A stretch of 58,986 nt of DNA. It comes from Candidatus Dojkabacteria bacterium. Lineage in GTDB: Bacteria > Patescibacteriota > Dojkabacteria > SC72. A program made the position numbers and the translations under genes. The notes beneath the pieces are model-generated. The model was not told where the DNA came from. It ran no database searches and worked only from the letters and a program-made list of their open reading frames with translations. The DNA lies in the NCBI GenBank assembly GCA_050943415.1, contig JBMNPD010000004.1:1-58986 (forward strand). Direction: 5' to 3'. Shown here in pieces: positions 18,520-26,413 of the stretch (within the stretch, counting starts at the first letter, position 1; each line of letters begins with the position of its first letter).

Positions 18520-20682
18520 ATGAAAATAGGTACTGCCTTAAAAACAATAATAGCTTCTCTTTTCTTTCTTCTTCCTTTCAATTGCTTTGCAGAGGATTTC
18601 AATGTAAATGTTACTGTTAGTGTAAATACAGATATTCATTCATATATAGAATTTGTTCCTCCAACTACAGAGATTTTGGCTCCATCTTTAGGACAAATAA
18701 CTATGGTAGATGGTAACGGTAATCCTAAAGTAGGAAGAAAAACTTTTGTTTACGTAAAAAGTAGTAATGGTGACAAGGTTACTATTACACAACCATCAGT
18801 TACAGACAGTTCTGGGAAAGCTACAGCAAGTATATATGCTTCTGCTAGCGGTGTGTATGAGGTATGTATTAGAGATATAACTGAAGCAACTCATATTGAA
18901 GTAGAGAAATGTTCTAATCTCTATGTTATTCCAACACCTCCTCCAGTAATGCAAACTGAGGAACCGTATACAGATGGTGATAGTAACACTGTTTCTTGGA
19001 CCCCGCAGGGTAGTTTAACATATCAATACTACGCTGAGGTTAGTACTGATCCTGATTTTACATCTGTAGTGAACAATAGTGGCTGGATTTCATCAACTAG
19101 TCATACATTTACAGGATTACAGGGAGGACAGATGTACTTCTACCGAGTAAAAGCTAGGAACGAATACGGAACAGAGAGTGGTTGGTCTAACTATGTGTAT
19201 TCTGCTCAGAGTGTAACTCCTCCTACGATTATGTTGGAGAAAATAACTGTTCCAGAGGATACATACATTAATTCATGGAATAAAGACTCAACTGTTACTT
19301 TTATATATAGGATAAATGATAAGTTGGGAGTATCGAGTGTGAAGTTTCTTTGTGTAAATGGTAATGGTACTAAAAGAGACTGTAATGCTAACATCAGTAG
19401 ACAGAATAATATCTATACAGTTACTCTTAAACTATCGAGTTTAGAGAAACAGCTAGATGGTTCTTCTCTCTTCCCATCATACTCTTTCTGTATGGAAGCA
19501 ACCAATGTTATTGGTACTAAATCATCTAACTGTACAGCTACAATTAACTTTGGTAAAAAAAGTAGTGGAGTAGTAGTAGATGATACAGAGGAAGTTATTA
19601 TGCCACCAGATTCTCCGTCTTTGCCAATTCCACAAAAACCTGAACATTCAGAATCAGGTGTAGGAATAATCTCATATATTACAGGTATTGCAGAAAAAAT
19701 TGTTGGATCGGTAATCTCTGCTTTGACTGAGCGAACGGAAGAAGAAGCACGAAATATTGCAATAACGTCATTAGCTCTTTCTGTACCAGTAGGAACTGCT
19801 CTGTTAACTACATTCATAACATCAATGCCTTACTTAGTAACTCAAATTGTTTTAGGTATCTTGACACTCTTTGGATTGAGAAAGAAAGGTGTTTTAAATG
19901 GATATGTCTACGATTCTTACTCTAAAGAACCTATTAAGCAAGCAATTGTTAGAGTGTTTAACAAAAAGAAAGAGTTGATTTGGACAGATGTTACTAATGG
20001 ACATGGGTATTTTAAAACTATAGATGTGGCGGATGGTCAGTACTATATAGAAGTAAGTGCCAATGGATATAAGTTCCCAACAACAACAGTTTTTGGTAGT
20101 ACAGATTTACCTATGGAAAACATATATCATGGAGGGCTTTTCTCGTCTTCAAATAACCGTATCCCTAAATTCTCTATTCCTTTAGATAGGGCTAAATCTA
20201 AAAAGATTACTGTATTTAAACAAAGATTCCTTAATTTATTTAAACTACTATTACATCTTGTTCATATTGCATTATTTATTGTTGGTTTAATATTTAGTAT
20301 ATACGCCGTTTATGTTAGTCCTACTGTCATTAATTACATAATATTATCTCTGTATATTCCATCAATTCTACTAATTATCTGGCCAATATTCAGTAAGAGA
20401 GAGAAGTACGGTATTGTTAGAGATGAGAAAGGTAACAGATTGGAGGGTATTAATATAGGTTTGTTTGAAGTAGATTTTAATAGATTAATATTGAAGCGTG
20501 TATCGGACAAGGAGGGAAGGTATAGATTTCTTGCTGATAGAGGAGAATATTACATATCAATTTTAAATCCAGAGTATTCACTAGTAGATAAGGAGAAATT
20601 GGCAAATATAGTTGTAAAAAAAGAGACAGGAGAGATGATTAGACCAGATATTACAGTTCAAAAGAATGTTAAAAAGGATTAA
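18520..20682 (+). CDS. large surface/membrane protein with Ig-like, FN3 and carboxypeptidase-regulatory-like domains
   Basis: Has a signal peptide and an FN3-like segment (SWTPQGSLTYQYYAEVS...YFYRVKARNEYG). There are mid-protein TM helices and two CarboxypepD_reg-like segments (GYVYDSYSKEPIKQAIVRV...; GIVRDEKGNRLEGINIGL...). Confidence 0.6.
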   Translation: MKIGTALKTIIASLFFLLPFNCFAEDFNVNVTVSVNTDIHSYIEFVPPTTEILAPSLGQITMVDGNGNPKVGRKTFVYVKSSNGDKVTITQPSVTDSSGKATASIYASASGVYEVCIRDITEATHIEVEKCSNLYVIPTPPPVMQTEEPYTDGDSNTVSWTPQGSLTYQYYAEVSTDPDFTSVVNNSGWISSTSHTFTGLQGGQMYFYRVKARNEYGTESGWSNYVYSAQSVTPPTIMLEKITVPEDTYINSWNKDSTVTFIYRINDKLGVSSVKFLCVNGNGTKRDCNANISRQNNIYTVTLKLSSLEKQLDGSSLFPSYSFCMEATNVIGTKSSNCTATINFGKKSSGVVVDDTEEVIMPPDSPSLPIPQKPEHSESGVGIISYITGIAEKIVGSVISALTERTEEEARNIAITSLALSVPVGTALLTTFITSMPYLVTQIVLGILTLFGLRKKGVLNGYVYDSYSKEPIKQAIVRVFNKKKELIWTDVTNGHGYFKTIDVADGQYYIEVSANGYKFPTTTVFGSTDLPMENIYHGGLFSSSNNRIPKFSIPLDRAKSKKITVFKQRFLNLFKLLLHLVHIALFIVGLIFSIYAVYVSPTVINYIILSLYIPSILLIIWPIFSKREKYGIVRDEKGNRLEGINIGLFEVDFNRLILKRVSDKEGRYRFLADRGEYYISILNPEYSLVDKEKLANIVVKKETGEMIRPDITVQKNVKKD

Positions 20683-22328
20683 CTTAAATCCTTATACATA
20701 TACAATTCTCCTTTAGCAAACGCATTTGATTTGTAATACTTCCTTGTTCCTATTGCAGATATAACTGATATTTTTGATATATTGTTTGCTTTTGTTACTT
20801 TTTCAGCTTCTTTAATTAACATTCTACCTAGACCTAAATGTTGAGATTCTCCATGACCTTTTTGTTTTAGTCCTACAATAGTACCGTAGACATGTATCTC
20901 TCTTACGATACTGCTACCGTTTAATTCTTCTATGAAATTATTACGAAGATACTCTGTTTTAGGAACAGATAATCTTAAAAATGCACAAAGCAAATCATCT
21001 TTTTTAGTTTTGTATGATATGAAGTACTCAGTAGAAACAGTTGTATTGTAGATGATACTCTCTAACTGCAAATCATCTCTATTTATTTCTCTACCTTTAA
21101 TCTCTCTACTTCGAATTTCATTAATCTTTACATTCTTCTCTTTTAGATTTCTCTCAACAATCTGTCTTAAGTTTGTAACCTTACTCCCTGCCTCTATCTC
21201 GTCTGAAGGAATGTCTCGAATAATTCTTGAAAGCCTACAGTATCTTGGAGTAGAAGCTATGTTACTCTCTAACACATCTATCAACTTACCAGTACTGTAT
21301 GGAATATACTTACCCTCATTATATAGCTTTGAAAGAGGAGTGTTTGGTATAACAGAGGTAGGATATATCTTTAGTTCATCAGGACAGAAATCCTTCTCCC
21401 ATAACTTTTTAAATCCTTCTTTATCAATCTCAGGAGTAGATTTGTACAAAGCTACCATCCAGTGACCATGAATTTTAAAACCAGCTCTTCTTAACAGAAA
21501 AAAAGCATTCTTTACTTCCCTGATACCTCTTCCTAAATTGTTCTGTTTAGCAATTTCATCTGAAAGAGTCTGAATACCAATCTGTACCTTAGTAGCACCA
21601 AGCCTTCTCATGGAGATAACTTCTTCCTTTGTTATACAATCAGGTCTTGTTTCAAACACTAATCCAACATTCCTACAGTAAGCCTCTTCATTTCTAACCT
21701 GATTCTTCTCTAACTTGCTCCATGTAGTTTCTTTAAAAGAATCTTTTTTAGGTATCACATACTCATTACTCTTTGCAGTAATATCATTCATTGCCTTAAA
21801 GCATTCATTAACAAACCAAATTCTGTAATCAAGAGGATATACAGACCAACTTCCACCAAGAACAATTAACTCTATCTTCTCAACATTATGTCCTGTCTTC
21901 TTTAGAGCAACTATTCTGTTAAATACCTGAGCGTACGGATCAAACTTACTTAGCAGAGCTCTTTGAGCACCTGGTTCTGAAGCGATATAGCTTTTAGGCA
22001 TATTAGGATCATTAGGACAGAAGATACATTTCCCTATACAAGGAAATGGTTTAGTCAGAACAGTTACTACAGCTACACCAGAATTACTTCTTGTAGGCTT
22101 TAGACGAATTCTGTTTTCTAAAACTTTATTCTTTTCTATAATTTTTTTTGAAACAAGAGCATTGTAAGCTTCTACTAATTCATCATTACGATATATTCTC
22201 TGCTTACTACTTTTATGCTTCCTCAAAAGCTTGTTGAGGGAATTTTTGTTCCATTTTTCAGTAGTAATTGAAAGTATCTCTTCGAATATTTTCTTAAATT
22301 TTTTAGTTTTTGTAGTATCTAAATTCAT
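20679..22328 (-). CDS. elp3: Elp3-type radical SAM/GNAT tRNA modification enzyme
   Basis: Has CIGKCIFC (CxxxCxxC) followed by PKSYIASEPGAQRA. The C-terminal GNAT box is QHLGLGRMLIKEAEK, and the 549-aa length fits Elp3. Confidence 0.8.
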   Translation of the reverse strand: MNLDTTKTKKFKKIFEEILSITTEKWNKNSLNKLLRKHKSSKQRIYRNDELVEAYNALVSKKIIEKNKVLENRIRLKPTRSNSGVAVVTVLTKPFPCIGKCIFCPNDPNMPKSYIASEPGAQRALLSKFDPYAQVFNRIVALKKTGHNVEKIELIVLGGSWSVYPLDYRIWFVNECFKAMNDITAKSNEYVIPKKDSFKETTWSKLEKNQVRNEEAYCRNVGLVFETRPDCITKEEVISMRRLGATKVQIGIQTLSDEIAKQNNLGRGIREVKNAFFLLRRAGFKIHGHWMVALYKSTPEIDKEGFKKLWEKDFCPDELKIYPTSVIPNTPLSKLYNEGKYIPYSTGKLIDVLESNIASTPRYCRLSRIIRDIPSDEIEAGSKVTNLRQIVERNLKEKNVKINEIRSREIKGREINRDDLQLESIIYNTTVSTEYFISYKTKKDDLLCAFLRLSVPKTEYLRNNFIEELNGSSIVREIHVYGTIVGLKQKGHGESQHLGLGRMLIKEAEKVTKANNISKISVISAIGTRKYYKSNAFAKGELYMYKDLS

Positions 22329-22378
22329 AATAATCTGGTATGCTTACTATTATCTAACATTTTAACGATTCTAGCTAT

Positions 22379-22990
22379 ATGAAAAAACCTAAAATGGCAT
22401 TAGAGAGAACATTGATTTTAATTAAACCTGATGTTTTACAAAGACAAATAGTAGGGGAAATACTGACAAGGTTTGAAAGGAAAGGTTTTAAGATGGTCGC
22501 TTTGAAGATGGTGAATGCTACAGAGGAGCAAGTTGGAAAGCACTATATTGATGATGAGGCGTATTTAATTGAGACAGGTTCAAAGGCTAAAAAAGGTGCT
22601 ATTGCTAGAGGAGAGGATGTTTCTAAGTGGAATTCATTGGAGAGAGGAAAGATTATTCGACAGAGAAATATTGATTATCTTACACAGGGTCCAATTATTG
22701 CACTGGTTTTAGAAGGGTTTGGAGTTGTTACTCAAGTCCGTAAGGTTCTTGGAGGAGCAAGTCCTGCAGATAGTGATATTGGTACAATTCGTGATGACTA
22801 CTCTTTAGATACATATGTTTTGGCAGATTATATTTCTAGGTCAACGAGAACTATGTTGCATGCTTCTGATAGTGTAGAGAATGCCGAGAGGGAGTTGAAG
22901 ATTTGGTTTAAGGAGAGTGAGATATGTAATAACTATGAGACAGGTGTGGAGAAGATTTTCTACGATGAGGGTTGGGACAAGAGGAAGTAG
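22379..22990 (+). CDS. ndk: nucleoside diphosphate kinase (long form with internal insertion)
   Basis: Has ERTLILIKPD and the catalytic His in MLHASDS. An insertion of about 50 aa makes it longer than the 140-150 aa of classical Ndk. Confidence 0.8.
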   Translation: MKKPKMALERTLILIKPDVLQRQIVGEILTRFERKGFKMVALKMVNATEEQVGKHYIDDEAYLIETGSKAKKGAIARGEDVSKWNSLERGKIIRQRNIDYLTQGPIIALVLEGFGVVTQVRKVLGGASPADSDIGTIRDDYSLDTYVLADYISRSTRTMLHASDSVENAERELKIWFKESEICNNYETGVEKIFYDEGWDKRK

Positions 22991-22993
22991 TGT

Positions 22994-23632
22994 ATGCTTC
23001 AGGTAAATGAATTACATGAAGAGTTTGATGCTCTTCAAAAGAAGTTTGGTTGTCCTACTTTGTCATCAATATACGGTGCAGGATGTATAGATTCTCCAGA
23101 TATTATGTTCATATTTATGAATCCAACAGGGAGAAATATTGCAAGTGTGAAGTCTTGGAAAGGTATCAGAGCTCAATGGATAGGAACCAAACAGGTATGG
23201 GATATCTTCTCAGAATTACAATTTCTTGATGAAGATATATACAGGAAGATTAAAAGTTACAAACCTGAGGAATGGAGTGAGGAGTTTGCAGAGAGAGTGT
23301 ATAAAGATATTTCTAATCATGGAGTATATATTACTAACTTAGCTAAATGTACGCAGATTGATGCAAGACCTTTGAAGAATAGTGTGTTTAAGGAATATTT
23401 AGATTTAATGAACAGAGAGATAGAGATTGTTAATCCTAAAAAGATTGTTTCTTTTGGAAATCAAGTATCAAGTATTTTGTTAGGAAAGAGTATTAGTGTA
23501 AGTAACTATCAGAATGATGAGAAAGAAGTACTTAATGGGTATGATGTATATCCAACATATTATCCAATTGGGCAAGGTAGAAGAAATATGCCTTTAGCTG
23601 TTAGAAGAATAAAGAGGGTGATGAGAGAGTAG
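22994..23632 (+). CDS. uracil-DNA glycosylase superfamily protein (MUG/SMUG-like xMNP motif)
   Basis: Has IFMNPTGRN in the motif-A position, then ITNLAKC, SFGNQVS and YYPIGQGRRN. Confidence 0.55.
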   Translation: MLQVNELHEEFDALQKKFGCPTLSSIYGAGCIDSPDIMFIFMNPTGRNIASVKSWKGIRAQWIGTKQVWDIFSELQFLDEDIYRKIKSYKPEEWSEEFAERVYKDISNHGVYITNLAKCTQIDARPLKNSVFKEYLDLMNREIEIVNPKKIVSFGNQVSSILLGKSISVSNYQNDEKEVLNGYDVYPTYYPIGQGRRNMPLAVRRIKRVMRE

Positions 23633-23648
23633 GTCTATGTGGGTGTTT

Positions 23649-24272
23649 TTACAATTTCAATATCTCATCAATTTCCTCTCTCTTTTTGAATACATTAGTT
23701 CCACTTTCAGGAATAGTAGATAGAAATTCTTTCAATGCCTTGAAATCTTTTTTCATTATCTCTTTTAAATTAGGATTGTAGAGAGAAGCTGCAGGATGAT
23801 ACATTGCAAATATTGGAATACCAGTAGGGTGTTTAAGTGCTTGACCATGTAAAATAGAAATATTTTCATCTGGTACAAACCTACCTAACGCATGCTTTCC
23901 CAATGTAACTATAACTTTCGGCTTGATAAACATTAACTCTGCATTTAACCATACCCTACAAGCATCTTTCTCATCTTCCTGTGGATCCCTGTTAGATGGA
24001 GGCCTGTATTTAACAATATTACTAACATATACCTCTTCCCTTGTATATCCAATACTTCTTAACAATTCATCTAAAAATTTCCCAGCAGCACCTACAAAAG
24101 GTCTACCTTGCAAATCCTCATTTTTACCAGGAGCTTCACCTATGAAAAGAATTCCAGACGAGGGTAAAGTTATTTCATATACAGGCTGTGTAGCAACATT
24201 CTTTAACTTACAACTATTATGAATTGCATAATACTCATGCAATTCCTTTATAGAGTCAAAATCTTTTTTCAT
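23649..24272 (-). CDS. udg: uracil-DNA glycosylase, family 4-like
   Basis: Has GEAPGKNEDLQGRPFVGAAGKFL, IVKYRPP and HPAASLYN. Start set at the ATG at 24272, which has a minus-strand TATAAT 7 nt upstream at 24285-24280. The ORF track extends to a TTG at 24335. Confidence 0.8.
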   Translation of the reverse strand: MKKDFDSIKELHEYYAIHNSCKLKNVATQPVYEITLPSSGILFIGEAPGKNEDLQGRPFVGAAGKFLDELLRSIGYTREEVYVSNIVKYRPPSNRDPQEDEKDACRVWLNAELMFIKPKVIVTLGKHALGRFVPDENISILHGQALKHPTGIPIFAMYHPAASLYNPNLKEIMKKDFKALKEFLSTIPESGTNVFKKREEIDEILKL

Positions 24273-24310
24273 TCGTACAATTATACATGAAAAAGGAAGT
24301 AGATGTTTTA

Positions 24311-24760
24311 TTAAACCTCTCCCTGAATACTCCAAAACGTAACTTGCCCTATATTCATATTAGGATAAATCTTGACAGGTAATACAGGATTAAGCATTAG
24401 AGTACATTGTTTAATAGAACCTAAATCTATCAAATCAGCTGTTATGTTCACAAAAATACCTAATCTACCTATCGAAGAACGCCCTTTGATTATGGGGACA
24501 TATTCATTACTACCAATGATCTCCTGAGTCTTACCTATATATATCTGATTAGGATCTAACAACAAACCCTCATTTGTAATAGTAACCTCCTCCATTTCAT
24601 TCTCTCCCCTAGCATCTAAAATATCACCCTTGTATATCTTTAATGTCGAATCTATGTGGAAGTCGTAAGAGTTAGCTTGAATATCATTTTCATTAAAAGG
24701 AGAAATAGTAATAGTTCCTTCCTTTACACATTTAATAATTTCTTTTCCTGTTAATATCAT
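24311..24760 (-). CDS. dcd: dCTP deaminase/dUTPase-fold protein, catalytic Glu replaced (TLML)
   Basis: Has MILTGKEI and GRSSIGRLG, but TLMLNP stands where deaminases carry TLE. Confidence 0.7.
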   Translation of the reverse strand: MILTGKEIIKCVKEGTITISPFNENDIQANSYDFHIDSTLKIYKGDILDARGENEMEEVTITNEGLLLDPNQIYIGKTQEIIGSNEYVPIIKGRSSIGRLGIFVNITADLIDLGSIKQCTLMLNPVLPVKIYPNMNIGQVTFWSIQGEV

Positions 24761-24762
24761 AA

Positions 24763-25281
24763 CTATAATCGCTTAAATAATTTACTTGGATATGGGGAAT
24801 TTTGAGTAGAGTAAAACTCTTCATTACCGTAATCAATTTCCCCTTTCGGTTGCCAGAAAGTAACCTTACCTACCTCCATAAACGGATAGATTCTAAGCTT
24901 TTTGATGACATGAATCTCTAAAGTCCATTTATGCGATTTACCTAACTGACCTAAATCTGCAGTAATTTGCAAGAACATCCCTAGTTTACCAATACTATTT
25001 CTTCCTGATAGCGATGTAACAAAATGTTGACTACCTATCTCTTCTACTGTTGTACCTAGATATAATTTGTTTGGTTCTAGTACAAAACCATCTTGTGGAA
25101 GAATTATCTCTTTAGTAAGAGGATCTTTGTTAATATCTCCTACCTCTATGATTTCTAATAGCTTGTTTTCAAGATGATAAATATAGCTATTTGGTGCAAG
25201 GCATTTCTCTTCAAAGGGAGAGATGATAATTCTGCCAGATTCAACTTCTTTTTTTATTTCTTTTCCAGTTAAAATACTTAT
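24763..25281 (-). CDS. dCTP deaminase paralogue without a canonical start codon
   Basis: The frame is open from the stop at 25332-25330 down to TAG at 24763-24765. It translates as (I)SILTGKEIKKEVESGRIIISPF...GRNSIGKLG...WTLEIHV. There is no in-frame ATG/GTG/TTG before the internal Met at 24978. Candidate starts are ATA 25281 and ATT 25275. Confidence 0.6.
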   Translation of the reverse strand: MSILTGKEIKKEVESGRIIISPFEEKCLAPNSYIYHLENKLLEIIEVGDINKDPLTKEIILPQDGFVLEPNKLYLGTTVEEIGSQHFVTSLSGRNSIGKLGMFLQITADLGQLGKSHKWTLEIHVIKKLRIYPFMEVGKVTFWQPKGEIDYGNEEFYSTQNSPYPSKLFKRL

Positions 25282-25325
25282 CTTTAAGGTTGATGAATAA
25301 CTTATTATATAAAGAACTATAGCAG

Positions 25326-25347
25326 ATATTTAAGAAATATTTAAGAA
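25326..25347. repeat. perfect 2 x 11-nt tandem repeat ATATTTAAGAA
   Basis: Copies are at 25326-25336 and 25337-25347. It lies just upstream (minus-strand sense) of a TATAAT at 25309-25304 and of the dcd paralogue. Confidence 0.8.
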
Positions 25348-25675
25348 GCTATGAGTTGGAATATGGTTATTTATCATCTTCACATCTAGTAAGTGTGTAT
25401 ATCTTGATTTAATAAATGAAAAGTAAAAAATATTGAAAATAGTTTTAAATATTTAGAAAGTTATGGATAGGTAATTTATTTGGTAAAGAAATCCTCTAGG
25501 AGAAATGTTTGCTATTGAAAGCATATGAATAAAATCATACATTTCTCCTAGTTTAAGTCTTGGCTTTCGGTGTTATACTTTTGCACTATCTCTGTAGGAC
25601 CTTAACCGAAAGTCAAGTTTGTTGTAAGAATGGATGGAAAGGAGGTGGCACATATATCAAGAAAGGAGGTGGTGT

Positions 25676-25720
25676 ATGGTTCACCAAAAACAAAAAAACT
25701 TTTCCTTCCCCTCTGCTTAA
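25676..25720 (+). CDS. 14-codon micro-ORF behind a near-perfect Shine-Dalgarno sequence
   Basis: GAAAGGAGGTGG (25661-25672) precedes the ATG at 25676. The ORF encodes MVHQKQKNFSFPSA and ends at TAA 25718-25720. Confidence 0.2.
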   Translation: MVHQKQKNFSFPSA

Positions 25721-25771
25721 ATCAAGAAGATTAAGCAATCATTCTTACTACGATAGTCAGTACTCTATCAC

Positions 25772-25796
25772 AAATAGTGGTCTTTTGCCACTATTT
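25772..25796. terminator. bidirectional-looking terminator hairpin overlapping the stop of the 25791 gene
   Basis: AAATAGTGG (25772-25780) pairs with CCACTATTT (25788-25796) around a 7-nt loop. T-rich sequence follows on both strands. Confidence 0.5.
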
Positions 25797-26291
25797 TCTA
25801 GCTTTCTGAGCCTTTCGTATATTTGTTTTCCAAGCTTTTTTCTGTGCATCTGTAGGTTTATCTTTTTCTGGGATATTTTTTTCTGGCTTTGCTTTGAAAA
25901 TATCTCCTTTAACATGCTCAGGTTTTGATCCCAAACTTTTTAGCAGCTTTCTTACAGATGGAGAACTGCTTCTTAAGGTGTTACCGTATTTTTGTGCAAT
26001 ATCTTTAGAAATTAACCAAGCTTGTGTAGCCCATGAGCCACTAGTTCTTCTTCCTGTTACTCTTTCTAATCCTCCTTTTTCTCCAACATCATGTACTTTA
26101 AAAGATGTGAATTGGTGCTTATCTCTTATTTCTATCCTAAAGAATTTACCTTTTCCTGTACTACCTGGTTTCTTTCTTTTTCTTCCTTCAGGTTGTGCTA
26201 AAGTTCTTTGTCTTTTTGTCATACTCTTCCATTTTTGTTGTGCTTTTTTAATATTTTGTTTTGCTGCTTTTATTTGTTTTTTAGTTGCCAT
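25791..26291 (-). CDS. highly basic protein of unknown function
   Basis: Start set at the ATG at 26291 (MATKKQIKAAKQNIKKAQQKW...). The Lys/Arg-rich N and C termini resemble each other (KKQIKAAKQNIKKAQ versus QKKAWKTNIRKAQKARK) and flank a globular core. Confidence 0.55.
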   Translation of the reverse strand: MATKKQIKAAKQNIKKAQQKWKSMTKRQRTLAQPEGRKRKKPGSTGKGKFFRIEIRDKHQFTSFKVHDVGEKGGLERVTGRRTSGSWATQAWLISKDIAQKYGNTLRSSSPSVRKLLKSLGSKPEHVKGDIFKAKPEKNIPEKDKPTDAQKKAWKTNIRKAQKARK

Positions 26292-26369
26292 TATTCTCAA
26301 TTAAAAAGTTATATATTTAAGTATATATCAGGTATATGGGAATGCAAATTGAAAGAAAGTGGGTATACA

Positions 26370-26378
26370 TGACATAAT
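26370..26378 (+). promoter_or_regulatory. extended -10 promoter TGaCATAAT
   Basis: TG is at 26370-26371 and CATAAT at 26373-26378. It lies about 35 nt upstream of the ATG at 26414, with the SD AAGGAGGTG at 26402-26410. Confidence 0.35.
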
Positions 26379-26413
26379 TCTATAGGTCGTTCAAAATTTA
26401 TAAGGAGGTGTAC

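Larger units (their letters stand above)
25496..25796 (+). ncRNA. candidate structured RNA / leader of unknown class
   Basis: Contains a series of hairpins (13 bp, 11 bp, 7 bp, 9 bp terminator-like) plus the duplicated GAAAGGAGGTGG. No credible long ORF is present. The strand assignment is tentative. Confidence 0.25.

Noticed and set aside
24763-24978. A 71-aa stand-alone ORF as listed in the track.
   Set aside because: It is the C-terminal part of a full dCTP-deaminase-fold frame that stays open up to 25329. I treated it as one gene with a non-canonical or lost start.
25637-25672. The minus-strand sequence CCACCTCCTTTC (twice) looked like the 3' end of 16S rRNA.
   Set aside because: No flanking 16S sequence is present (no helix 45, no GGATCACCTCC context, no adjacent rRNA/ITS/tRNA). 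It is the complement of SD-like repeats, not an rRNA gene.
25282-25800. Assignment of the structured gap to a known riboswitch, T-box, RNase P, SRP, tmRNA or 6S RNA.
   Set aside because: None of the conserved cores I know is present (T-box AGAGA/specifier plus terminator, RNase P GGAAAGTCC...ACAGAA, the SRP GGAA tetraloop domain, the tmRNA tRNA-like end). It is left unclassified.
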